Shown one piece after another: positions 18,933 to 28,404 of a stretch of DNA of 64,000 bases. Made by a program: the position numbers and the translations under genes. The notes beneath the pieces were generated by a model. The model was given only the letters and a program-made list of their open reading frames with translations. It did not search any database and was not told where the DNA came from. This DNA comes from an uncultured Dehalococcoidia bacterium. Lineage in GTDB: Bacteria; Chloroflexota; Dehalococcoidia; Lucifugimonadales; UBA826. Numbering within the stretch: position 1 is the first letter of the stretch; the number at the start of each line of letters is the position of its first letter. The DNA lies in assembly GCA_964652755.1 (NCBI GenBank), contig CAZZBP010000001.1, positions 10,872-74,871 of the forward strand, read 5' to 3'.

Positions 18933-19821
18933 TTCTTATCCTTACACGCCCGAATCCGGACCAAAAACCTTTGAATCCCCGTTCTCTACCTGGACGCATG
19001 CCGTATTCATGAAACATTGAAGTGACCTGCGCTCCGAATAGGATTATAAGAGCCGAGAAATAAACCCATGCCAGTAGTGCCATCAGAGCCCCTACTGATC
19101 CGTAGACGATGTTGTAAAGGGGAAACGTGCTTACATACCAGATGAATAATAGCTGCGCACCAATAAAACATACGGAAGAGATAAAAGCCCCCGGTATCAC
19201 ATATAAAATCTTGACTCTTGTATTCGGCATCCACCTGTATAGGGTCAATATAGAGACGAAGGCAAGCACTGGAGAGACTAGTCTACTAATTAAACCCCAC
19301 AGAAGATCTCCTGGTATTTCACCTTCGGGCGCATAAAGTTCCACGAGCTCCCTTACTACACCGATGATCGGTGCGGTAAACAATATGATCAATACCAATA
19401 ATCCCGCTCCAAAAACCAAACCTATATCGATGAGACGCTCACGTAGAAAATTCCGAGGAACCGTAATTCCCCAAGCTGTGTTAATTCCTTTGCGGACAGC
19501 CGAAAATGCCGCCGATGAGGCCCAAACTAGTCCTAGGAAACTGGCTATACCTGTGATGGCCCTAGCACTAACTATACCTTCCATTGTGGTACCAACTAAT
19601 TCACTGGAAACAGGGAGAACGTCAGCTATTTCCTTCGCTAAGTCTGACCGTTCTGCTCCTGGATCCACTAAGAAACCTATTGCAGATATAACAGCAAGGC
19701 CTAAGGGGAACATAGAGAAGAGAGCGTAGAATGATATCGCTGCCGAAAGATATTGACAGTTCTTATGTAGGAAATCTCTAATCGCTTCATTGAAGAAAAG
19801 AATCAGTCTAACAAGGACCAT
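18907..19821 (-). CDS. YihY/BrkB-family membrane protein
   Basis: The motif YLSAAISFYALFSMFPL is present. The protein has a polytopic hydrophobic profile and a typical length of about 300 aa. Confidence 0.8.
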   Translation of the reverse strand: MVLVRLILFFNEAIRDFLHKNCQYLSAAISFYALFSMFPLGLAVISAIGFLVDPGAERSDLAKEIADVLPVSSELVGTTMEGIVSARAITGIASFLGLVWASSAAFSAVRKGINTAWGITVPRNFLRERLIDIGLVFGAGLLVLIILFTAPIIGVVRELVELYAPEGEIPGDLLWGLISRLVSPVLAFVSILTLYRWMPNTRVKILYVIPGAFISSVCFIGAQLLFIWYVSTFPLYNIVYGSVGALMALLAWVYFSALIILFGAQVTSMFHEYGMRPGRERGFKGFWSGFGRVRIRIVRISLRD

Positions 19822-20038
19822 GTTGGCAATCTCATATTCGCCTCTTAGGTAATCGTTGATATAACTATCAACCGTAAATGTGAAAATGGTTTCTTAGAGT
19901 TTAATTCCTATTTACAAAGGTGCAACGAACATTTTACCAATCGCTGACAGGATGCGTGAGAGGTCTTGGATTCATTTAGAATTAATGATATTTGGAACAA
20001 CCATTCAGAATTTTAAAGAGATTTGGTGATTAGAAGGT

Positions 20039-21067
20039 TTGAAAACTAGCGACTTCGATTACTTTCTACCGAAAGACTTAATTGCCCAAACTCCGATAGA
20101 GCCGAGAGATCATTCTAGACTTCTAATTGTGAATAGGGAATCTGGAGGTATTTTAGACCGATACTTCTATGATCTTCCTAATCACATAAGAAAAGGAGAT
20201 GTTCTTGTATTCAATGATAGTCGTGTTATTCCAGCTCGGCTTTACGGCAAGTTAAAAGACTCAGGAAATGGTATTGAACTGCTCTTGCTGTCTCGGTTGA
20301 AAAGAGGACGTTGGCGTGCTCTGGTAAAGCCTGGGCGGAGAATGAGAACTGGAGCCAAATTCGTAGTAGGAGAGGATCGTCGAAAAATCGTACATGGCGA
20401 AGTTTTAGGAGAGGAGAAATCCGGAGCACGGATTGTAAATCTGGAGGGTGAGGAAAACATAAATCATGTCGGGATATTGCCATTACCCCCATATATACGA
20501 GAGAGAGTTCCCGACACAGAGAGATATCAGACTATATATTCCAAGGAAGAAGGTAGTATTGCGGCGCCTACAGCAGGGTTGCATTTCACTGAAAGATTGA
20601 TGAAACGGTTAAAAGAAAAAGGGGCTGAAATCGTATTTGTGACATTGCACGTGGGCTGGGATTCTTTTCGGCCACTTACTTCTGATAACCCTCTTGAACA
20701 CCAGATGCATTCTGAGTACTGGTATTTGCCGGAAAAGCCAGCACAGGTTATTAACTTAGCCAAACGAGAAGGGCGAAGGGTTATTTCTATCGGGACGACA
20801 GCCGCCAGACTCCTTGAAAATGTAGCCTTAGATCAAGCTGGGCCGCCGATTTTCGGTGGTGATGGATGGGCGGATATATTTATCACACCGGGGCACAACT
20901 TTCGTATCCTGGATGGCTTGATAACTAATTTCCACCTGCCTAGGTCCACCCTGCTAATGCTTACCAGCGCGATTACGGGTAAAGAACTCCTTCGGCAGGC
21001 ATATGGGCACGCGGTAAGAACCCAGTATCGTTTCTACAGCTTTGGAGACGCGATGTTTATTAGTTGA
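20039..21067 (+). CDS. queA: S-adenosylmethionine:tRNA ribosyltransferase-isomerase
   Basis: The sequence FDY.LP..LIAQ.P...RD.SRLL is present, along with GS.AAPTAGLHFT and IGTT..R.LE. It uses a TTG start. Confidence 0.92.
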   Translation: MKTSDFDYFLPKDLIAQTPIEPRDHSRLLIVNRESGGILDRYFYDLPNHIRKGDVLVFNDSRVIPARLYGKLKDSGNGIELLLLSRLKRGRWRALVKPGRRMRTGAKFVVGEDRRKIVHGEVLGEEKSGARIVNLEGEENINHVGILPLPPYIRERVPDTERYQTIYSKEEGSIAAPTAGLHFTERLMKRLKEKGAEIVFVTLHVGWDSFRPLTSDNPLEHQMHSEYWYLPEKPAQVINLAKREGRRVISIGTTAARLLENVALDQAGPPIFGGDGWADIFITPGHNFRILDGLITNFHLPRSTLLMLTSAITGKELLRQAYGHAVRTQYRFYSFGDAMFIS

Positions 21068-21151
21068 ATCACAAGAACCTAAAAGTTGTCATAGGTTTCC
21101 CCGTGTATAATCCGCTTCAATGTCACAGTCAATTGCATAATACGGAGGTAC

Positions 21152-22288
21152 ATGATGGACTTGCCGGCCCCAGCTGAAGAAATCTTCAATTCCATAGGTG
21201 TAAAATCTGTCATTTCTGCTACCGGTACTGTGACCGCATATGGGGGAAGTAGGCTTCGGCCAGAAGTAATGGATGCAATGAACAGGGCATCTAACACTAT
21301 GGTGAATATAGACGAGTTGAACGTTGCGGCAGGCAAAATCATTGCTAAATATACTGGGGCAGAGGCGGGGCTGGTCACGAGCGGGGCGGCAGGAGGACTA
21401 GTTCTTCAGGCGGCAGCTGTGATCGCTGGAAGCGATCCTACAAAAATGAAAAGCCTGCCTAACGCTGAAGGCATGAATAATGAGATCATTATCCATCGAA
21501 GTCATCGATTTCCTTATGATCAATGTTACTTATCTGCAGGTGCCGAATTCGTAGAAATAGGAGATGGTAGGAGGTGCCAATCATGGGAACTTGAGGGCGC
21601 CTTTTCAGACAAAACTGCAGCTGTGGCCTATCTTTTTTCGCCGTTTCTCACTAGAAGAGCGATACCTTTTGGCGAAGTATGCGAGACAGCTCATAGTAGA
21701 GGCGTTCCAGTTATCGTAGACGCGGCTTCATATGTGCCCCCTCGGGCGAACTTGAAGCGGTTTATTTCGGAAGGCGCCGATATGGTTATTTACAGCGGCG
21801 GTAAAGGGGTACGAGGCCCTCAAGGATCAGGCATTCTTTGCGGAAGGTCGGATCTTATAGAAGCAGCATATGCAAACGCGAGTCCCCACCAGTTCATAGG
21901 AAGAGGGCTTAAAGTCTCGAAGGAAGAAATTATTGGGCTAGTGAACTCTTTAGCTCTCTTTGTTGAAGAAGACGAGCAGGCAGAAAACGAGCGATATCGG
22001 AAGATGTGTGACAAGGTAGTTGATGCCTTTGTGGAACTGCCGGGATTGGAAGTCAGAACTGTTCATGACGAACATGATTTTCTAATACCCATGGCTCTTC
22101 TTACGTTTACAAGAGGCTGGAAAGGTCCATCAAGGGAAGAAGTATGGAATTCTCTTGCTAACGGAACTCCCGCTATTTATACCGGGAACATAGGTGCGCC
22201 AGACGATTTAGCGGTGGATCCATTTAATTTGACTGATACTGAGCTTGAAACCGTCATCGGAAGGCTTCACGAGATACTTATTGGGTGA
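21152..22288 (+). CDS. SelA-like PLP-dependent enzyme (L-seryl-tRNA selenium transferase-related / DgaE-like family)
   Basis: The sequence INATGT-like SATGTVTAYGGSRL is present, along with TSGAAGGL and the PLP-lysine context SGGKGVRGPQGSGIL. Confidence 0.7.
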   Translation: MMDLPAPAEEIFNSIGVKSVISATGTVTAYGGSRLRPEVMDAMNRASNTMVNIDELNVAAGKIIAKYTGAEAGLVTSGAAGGLVLQAAAVIAGSDPTKMKSLPNAEGMNNEIIIHRSHRFPYDQCYLSAGAEFVEIGDGRRCQSWELEGAFSDKTAAVAYLFSPFLTRRAIPFGEVCETAHSRGVPVIVDAASYVPPRANLKRFISEGADMVIYSGGKGVRGPQGSGILCGRSDLIEAAYANASPHQFIGRGLKVSKEEIIGLVNSLALFVEEDEQAENERYRKMCDKVVDAFVELPGLEVRTVHDEHDFLIPMALLTFTRGWKGPSREEVWNSLANGTPAIYTGNIGAPDDLAVDPFNLTDTELETVIGRLHEILIG

Positions 22289-22335
22289 CAGCGAGTTCAG
22301 GTAGAGATAAGGGAAACATAAAGGAAACGTAAGAG

Positions 22336-23427
22336 ATGCTTGATAGGTTTAAGGTGCCCAATGAGGACATTGTCAAGGTGGGTCATGAGTCTCTTCATGA
22401 GACTGTTGCGGAGATATTTATCAAGATGGGAGTTGCTCTGGAAGATGCCGAAGAGGGGGCGAACGTATTGGTCTCGACGGATCTTAGGGGAGTCGAGACA
22501 CACGGTGTCTCCAATATGCTTAGGAATTACGTTTCCGGCTATAACGAAGGGAGGCTTAATCCTAGGCCTGATTGGAAGATTGAACGGGAAAGTCCAGGCA
22601 CAGCAACGATAGATGCGGATAAAGGTCTTGCTGTTATTTTAGGTCCTAAAGCAATGAGAATGGCAATTGAAAAGGCAAGGACCGTCGGAGTAGGCGTAGT
22701 TACCATGAACAATGCTGGGCACTCAGGTGCTATAGGGCATCACGCTATGATGGCTGCGAAAGAAGATATGGTTGGGATGACCGCAACGGCTGGTGGAATG
22801 AGCGTGCTTCCTACCTTTGGCGCCGAGCCGAGGCTTGGAACAAACCCGCTGGCTATAGCTGCCCCAGCCGGGAATAATCCGCCATTCCTTTTTGATGCAG
22901 CCACTTCGGCAATAGCCGGGAACAAACTTGGCCTTGCAGCTCGAGTAGGAGCTGACCTTTTGCCCAACTGGATATCTGATTTAGAGGGGAACCCTGTGTC
23001 AGATGAAGTACCCATGCCAAACAGGGGAGACTTTTACCAGCTGCCTCTTGGAGGCACTAGGGATCAAGGCTCACATAAAGGCTACGGGTTTTCAATGATG
23101 TCAGAAGTGCTTGCGACTTTGTTAAGCGGTACATTATCTACAATGGTGTTGGGAACAGGTGGGTCTGGGTGTCATTATTTCTGTGCTTACAACATTTCAT
23201 CATTCACCGACGTGGATTCTTTTAAAGACAACATGGATAGGATGTTGCAGACTCTGAAAGATACCCCCCCTGCTCCTGGCCATGAACGAGTCATGTATCC
23301 AGGATTATCAGAATATGAAGAGGAGGAAGATCGACGAAAGAATGGTATTCCGCTACATTCTGAGGTAATAGAATGGTTTACGGACATAACAAGCGAATTG
23401 TCGATACCTATGGTGAAGATTGTATAG
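22336..23427 (+). CDS. Ldh2-family (malate/L-lactate/sulfolactate-type) NAD(P)-dependent oxidoreductase
   Basis: The sequence HGVSNMLRNYV is present, along with NNAGHSGAIGHH, GTNPLAIAAP and FDAATSAIAGNK. Confidence 0.78.
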   Translation: MLDRFKVPNEDIVKVGHESLHETVAEIFIKMGVALEDAEEGANVLVSTDLRGVETHGVSNMLRNYVSGYNEGRLNPRPDWKIERESPGTATIDADKGLAVILGPKAMRMAIEKARTVGVGVVTMNNAGHSGAIGHHAMMAAKEDMVGMTATAGGMSVLPTFGAEPRLGTNPLAIAAPAGNNPPFLFDAATSAIAGNKLGLAARVGADLLPNWISDLEGNPVSDEVPMPNRGDFYQLPLGGTRDQGSHKGYGFSMMSEVLATLLSGTLSTMVLGTGGSGCHYFCAYNISSFTDVDSFKDNMDRMLQTLKDTPPAPGHERVMYPGLSEYEEEEDRRKNGIPLHSEVIEWFTDITSELSIPMVKIV

Positions 23428-23504
23428 ACTTAATGGGTGACTCGTACCGATTTTGTATCATTCAACTTTCAGGATTGATAGTCATTTCCCGATCAAATCG
23501 ACAA

Positions 23505-24097
23505 CTACATCACAGTTACCCCACCATCGATGACCAGTTCACTGCCTGTCATATAGGACGCTTCATCTGAATCAAGGAACAATACTTCGTAAGCGACCTC
23601 TACAGGATCAGACAGTCGTCCTCACGGTACGGTATTTCCTGTTCTCCCCTCGTTCTCCTTACCACTTATGCGATCGTGGATCATATCAGTGTCGATGGGA
23701 CCAGGATGAACTGAATTCACTCTAATTCCATCGGAAGCGCATTGTATCGCTATAGACTTGGTAAAAATCCGGACGGCACCTTTGGACGTATTGTAGACAG
23801 GTCGAATTCCTGCCTGACCAACTATTCCAAATATAGATGAAATGTCGACTGTAGTTCCACCACCTGCTTTTTTCATTTTGGGATCACACTTTGGGTACGG
23901 AGGAACACCCTGTTAGTAGTGATGTCCATTACCCGGTCCCATTCTTCGTCGTTGGTGTCCCAGATTGCAACCCCCGCGTTATTTACTAGGATGTCTAATT
24001 TTCCGAACATTGACCCCCTCGTGCGCGAATGAACGAGCTACGACTGCCCCTTGTACCCTTCACCCGTTATAAGGGCAACCTTGCCTTTAAGTCCCAC
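23505..24097 (-). pseudogene. decayed short-chain dehydrogenase/reductase (SDR) gene
   Basis: A single minus-strand frame reads LKGKVALITG...S*...FGKLDILVNNAG...YNTSKGAV...VNSVHPGPIDTDM...[37 protein letters not shown]. In-frame stops are TAG at 24038-24040 and TGA at 23622-23624. There is a local frameshift and about 40 residues are missing after the glycine motif. Confidence 0.85.
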
Positions 24098-24241
24098 TGT
24101 GTTACCTACTATGTCACGCCAAATGTTCTACGCTATTAGGTTGACCATCGTAACTTATGGTGAATACTTAGTGCACCTAGCCTCTATATAGGTGTTAAAT
24201 ATTAAAAGTAAAAAAGGGGAAAATATTTTCAGGAGTGACCC

Positions 24242-24946
24242 GTGACAGGAGAAAAGATTCTTGTTGTAGAGGATGAAAAAAATATTCTCGAAGCCATAAA
24301 ATACAGTATGAATACTGAGGGATTCGAGGTGTATGGAGCAGAAGATGGTGAAACAGGTCTTGAAATGGCCCGCGAGATTTTGCCAGAGCTTGTGATTCTT
24401 GACGTAATGCTGCCCAAACTTGATGGATTTGAAGTGTGCCGGATATTGCGACGGGAAATGGACATACCAGTTTTTATGTTAACTGCTAAGGTGGAAGAAA
24501 TAGATAGAGTGGTAGGCCTCGAGATTGGAGCTGATGATTACATAACTAAACCATTTAGCATGCGAGAACTTATAGCAAGAGCACGGAACGTTTTACGTAG
24601 GTCATCTAAATCAGGGCTCGGAAGAGATAATTTATCCTCGGGGAAGGATGTCATACAGGTTGGAAATCTCAAAATAGATCTCACTGGCCATATTGCTCGC
24701 ATATGTGAAAAGTTAATAGATTTGAAGCCTCGTGAGTTTGATCTTTTGGTGATGCTTGCGTCTAGCAGAGGCAGAGTATTTACACGGGAGCAGATATTGG
24801 AGAGGCTATGGGGGCATGATTACATTGGCGATAGGCGAACTGTCGATGTACATATCAGATGGATTCGGGAGAAGATTGAAGAAGATCCCTCAACGCCTAA
24901 GAAAATCGTGACGATCAGGGGAGTTGGATACAGGTTCGATGACTAA
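24242..24946 (+). CDS. phoB: OmpR-family response regulator, PhoB/PhoP-like
   Basis: It has a canonical receiver (ILVVEDE, VILDVMLPKLDG, LTAK, KPF) and a winged helix (VDVHIRWIREKIE, RGVGYRF). It lies next to the PhoR-like kinase and the pst operon. It uses a GTG start. Confidence 0.8.
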   Translation: MTGEKILVVEDEKNILEAIKYSMNTEGFEVYGAEDGETGLEMAREILPELVILDVMLPKLDGFEVCRILRREMDIPVFMLTAKVEEIDRVVGLEIGADDYITKPFSMRELIARARNVLRRSSKSGLGRDNLSSGKDVIQVGNLKIDLTGHIARICEKLIDLKPREFDLLVMLASSRGRVFTREQILERLWGHDYIGDRRTVDVHIRWIREKIEEDPSTPKKIVTIRGVGYRFDD

Positions 24947-24989
24947 TGCAATAGGGAGAAAGAAACAAGGTTGTGGTTAGGACTTTGTA

Positions 24990-26741
24990 ATGTTTCATTC
25001 CCTCCAATGGCGTATCGCTTTTTTTTACACACTGCTTATATTTTCTACCATGGGCATTGTTAGTCTTTTTTTGTTTAATTACATTCAAAGGTCGTATCTG
25101 ACGCAGGTTTATGACCACCTTGCACGTGAATCTATTCTAATTAGCGAGGCTGCCGCTGTTAACGGGTTCGGAACCAGCCTTAATTCTTTAATTTCGGGAA
25201 TTTCAAATGCGGCTGCCAGTGCAAATCATGGTCAGGAATATAGGATCGCGATTTTCGACAGTTTAGGAAACATAATCACGGACACAGAATCTTCAATCGG
25301 TAATCATTGGGGAACGGAGCACGCAGTCCGGCACGTATCCACAGGCGAAAAGTATTGGGGCAAAGTGAATTTAACTAACGGCGAGCAGCTCTTTGCTATT
25401 GAAACTATTCGAATGGGTGGTCGATCAGTCGGCGCTGTTGTTGTTTCCGTTCCTTCCGAGAAGGTTGAAGGCTATGTAAATCTTATCGTTGCTATTGTTG
25501 TTATATCAGGGGTGATCGTTGGGGGACTTTCGATTACTCTGAGTATTTACATTGCTCGTCGGACGAGTTTATCTATAGCGGCATTAACAATGGGCGCTGC
25601 GCGGATACAGGGGGGAGATCTTAGTTACAGGGTGCGTTCCCATGTTAATGATGAGACTTCAGATCTTGCGGATGCCTTTAATAAAATGGCGAATACGATA
25701 GCCTGGACAGTAGATAATCTTTCTACTGAACGAGATACTTTGTCGGCCGTACTAGATACTATGGCTGATGGTGTCATATCTGTGGACAGAGAAGGATTAG
25801 TTACCGTATTTAATCAGACGGCTGGAGAATTACTAAACGCATCTCCACGGGATGCTATAGGAATCAGGTTAGCTGAGGCCATTAGAGACTTTGAGATTCT
25901 TCAGTTAGCCTCGCAATGCGAAAACTCCGGAGTGCTGCTTCAATCAGAGGTTGAGGTCCCCGAGGTCAGGAGATTCCTCAGCGTCACAGCAACTCCTTTG
26001 GGCTTGGATGCTGAAAGGGGGGTACTTATAACAATTCATGACCTGACCCACATTAGGCAGACAGAAACATCTCGAAAAGAATTTGTAAGCAATGTTTCTC
26101 ACGAGCTCAGAAGTCCTATCGCCTCAATAAGAGCCATGGCAGAAACCTTGGAAGATGGAGCTATTGGTAACAAGAATGTTGCAGAAGATTTTATTGGCAG
26201 GATTTTGCGGGACATTCAAAGAATGACAGTTATGGTCGATGATCTCCTTGAATTGTCTCGGATAGAGAGTGGCCAAGAAGTGATTAATATACATCCGGTG
26301 AATTTGTTTCGAATATCTAATGAATCAGTCTCTTATGTTAGAGGTCAAATCAATGATGGTATGCCAGAGATCAACTTGGATGTAAATGAAGAGATTATGG
26401 TCATGGGGCAGGAAGAGAAGATATCTCAGGTATTTGTCAATTTGATACAGAATGCTTCAAGATTTACTGGGCAGAACGGTCTTATTACCGTCACGGCTAG
26501 GCAAGATGTTAATAACATAGTGGAGATTTCTGTTTCAGACACCGGAACGGGGATAGCCCCAGAACACCTTGCTCACGTGTTTGAGCGCTTTTACAAAGTT
26601 GACAGGTCCCGAAGGGACGGCGGAACTGGTCTGGGACTATCTATCGTAAAACACCTTGTGCAGGCTCAAGGTGGTGAAGTGTTTGTGGATAGTGTGGAGG
26701 GTGAAGGAAGTACGTTCAAATTTACTTTGCCCGTTGCCTAA
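24990..26741 (+). CDS. phoR: PhoR-like sensor histidine kinase (2 TM, HAMP, PAS, HisKA, HATPase)
   Basis: It has the H-box FVSNVSHELRSPI, the N-box QNASRFT and G-boxes DTGTGI / GGTGLGLSIV. Confidence 0.8.
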   Translation: MFHSLQWRIAFFYTLLIFSTMGIVSLFLFNYIQRSYLTQVYDHLARESILISEAAAVNGFGTSLNSLISGISNAAASANHGQEYRIAIFDSLGNIITDTESSIGNHWGTEHAVRHVSTGEKYWGKVNLTNGEQLFAIETIRMGGRSVGAVVVSVPSEKVEGYVNLIVAIVVISGVIVGGLSITLSIYIARRTSLSIAALTMGAARIQGGDLSYRVRSHVNDETSDLADAFNKMANTIAWTVDNLSTERDTLSAVLDTMADGVISVDREGLVTVFNQTAGELLNASPRDAIGIRLAEAIRDFEILQLASQCENSGVLLQSEVEVPEVRRFLSVTATPLGLDAERGVLITIHDLTHIRQTETSRKEFVSNVSHELRSPIASIRAMAETLEDGAIGNKNVAEDFIGRILRDIQRMTVMVDDLLELSRIESGQEVINIHPVNLFRISNESVSYVRGQINDGMPEINLDVNEEIMVMGQEEKISQVFVNLIQNASRFTGQNGLITVTARQDVNNIVEISVSDTGTGIAPEHLAHVFERFYKVDRSRRDGGTGLGLSIVKHLVQAQGGEVFVDSVEGEGSTFKFTLPVA

Positions 26742-26781
26742 CAGTAAGAAAAAATTTCCTTATAACCAGTTCAGATGGCTT

Positions 26782-26816
26782 AGGGATTCCTTTATAAACA
26801 GCGATCCCTGTGTTTT
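26782..26816 (+). terminator. weak candidate intrinsic terminator after phoR
   Basis: The inverted repeat AGGGAT (26782-87) / ATCCCT (26804-09) has a 16-nt loop and is followed by GTGTTTTG. The stem is short and the loop long. Confidence 0.25.
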
Positions 26817-27232
26817 GATCTGGATTCCGATATTTTAGCCATCTATGGGTCAATTGCAATGATGTCGAAAGTCAATAGATGTGATAGGCATTCTATATAG
26901 GGATCTTCGGGCTGGAAATTAGATCAGTTCGTCTGATATAGCCTGAAGTTCCTCAGAGACGTCGGAGAACAATCCCCAAACCTTCCTCTCAACGGTCACT
27001 GGAATTTAATGAAAGAAGAGGGAATATGCGTCAATTTCAGATAAACATTTACTTGAGGTCGTGCTCAGTCTTGATTCCATCGTTTCACCTGCTCTAGAAA
27101 AGGGACGCTACTTCGATTCGGAATATATGTTAGTTCTAATGTTCTTCAAATATCCGGTAAGTCATCAAACTTTTGCTTATGACAAGGATTTCTATCACCA
27201 AGAATCATCAACCATCTATTTTTCTCTGCTTC

Positions 27233-27275
27233 TTAAAGAAACGTTAAAGCTAAGTTAATAACTTGACCGTAGTAT
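27233..27275 (+). promoter_or_regulatory. candidate Pho boxes: three 11-bp-phased direct repeats, plus a -10-like hexamer, upstream of pstS
   Basis: TTAAAG lies at 27233 and at 27244, and TTAATA at 27255, an exact 11-bp period. TAGTAT at 27270-75 lies 9 bp after the last repeat core. The pstS ATG is at 27316. Confidence 0.45.
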
Positions 27276-27315
27276 TTAGTCTCGAAGTTTATAGCTGGGG
27301 GGTTGGTACCAACAC

Positions 27316-28296
27316 ATGTTTTACTCGATTGGAAGCATCAGGGCAGGCATTCTGTTTTTTGGCTCCTTTGTACTGTTGCTACTCTTTCTAACAGCCTGTG
27401 GGACCGGGAATTCCGATTCCGAAGCTTCAGAATATGCTTTAAACCGAAATGATTCTGGCATGAGTGGTGAAATTGAGATTGACGGGTCAAGCACAGTCTA
27501 CCCAATTTCGGAAGCTGTAGCCGAAGAGTTTAACAAGCTCTATCCAAACGTTCGAGTCAATGTAGGTGTTTCTGGTACTGGAGGCGGGTTTAAGAGGTTC
27601 ACAGCTGGCGAAACAGATATTTCAGATGCGTCGCGCCCTATGAAAAACCCAGGAGAAACAAGTAAAGCTGTAGAGAATGGCATCAGGTATGCTGAACTCA
27701 GATTGGGTACTGATGGCATTTCGGTCGTGGTAAATCTGGAGAATACTTTTGTGGATTGTTTGACAACAGAAGAGTTAAGGAAGATCTGGGAACCTGGGTC
27801 ATCGATTGATAATTGGAGCCAAGTTAGAGCCGGTTTCCCTGACCAGAAAATGCGTTTGTATGGTCCTGACACAGACTCCGGCACTTTCGACTACTTTACT
27901 GAGGAAATAATGGGAGAGGCTCAATTGTCTCGTCCCGATTACACTGCTTCTGCAGACGACAACGTTCTCATTCAGGGTATTGCAGGTGACAAAGGGGCTC
28001 TCGGTTACTTTGGGTACGCTTACTACAGGGAAAGCAGAGACAAGCTAAAGTTAGTTGCTGTAGATAACGACTCAGGGTGTGTTCTTCCGAGCCTGACAAC
28101 TATTCCCTCAGGTGAATACAACCCATTATCAAGGCCATTATTTTTATATATAAATCTTGATAGTCTGGATAGGCCCGAGGTCAAAGCATTGGTGGATTTC
28201 TATATGGAGCAAGGTCCGGCGTTGACTAACGAAGTTGGATATGTCGCTGCTAGCACAGAGGTATATCAAAACAATATGGAGATGCTCAATAAATAA
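27316..28296 (+). CDS. pstS: phosphate ABC transporter substrate-binding lipoprotein
   Basis: It has the lipobox LTAC, GSSTVYPISEAVAEEF, and the SGTGGGFKRF and SDASR motifs. Confidence 0.92.
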   Translation: MFYSIGSIRAGILFFGSFVLLLLFLTACGTGNSDSEASEYALNRNDSGMSGEIEIDGSSTVYPISEAVAEEFNKLYPNVRVNVGVSGTGGGFKRFTAGETDISDASRPMKNPGETSKAVENGIRYAELRLGTDGISVVVNLENTFVDCLTTEELRKIWEPGSSIDNWSQVRAGFPDQKMRLYGPDTDSGTFDYFTEEIMGEAQLSRPDYTASADDNVLIQGIAGDKGALGYFGYAYYRESRDKLKLVAVDNDSGCVLPSLTTIPSGEYNPLSRPLFLYINLDSLDRPEVKALVDFYMEQGPALTNEVGYVAASTEVYQNNMEMLNK

Positions 28297-28404
28297 AAAG
28301 CTTCATAGTAGTGATATTCATTACGAAATTTGGCGGAAGGTTCTCTATTAGCGGTTGGTTTGAATAATAGGCGGTGAAGATATGGAATTCTCAGAAATAT
28401 ACCA

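Noticed and set aside
27061-27258. 65-aa ORF in the phoR-pstS spacer
   Set aside because: It has no RBS and an odd composition. It would run through the direct repeats that I interpret as regulatory. I treat the region as non-coding, though a degenerate gene remnant cannot be excluded.
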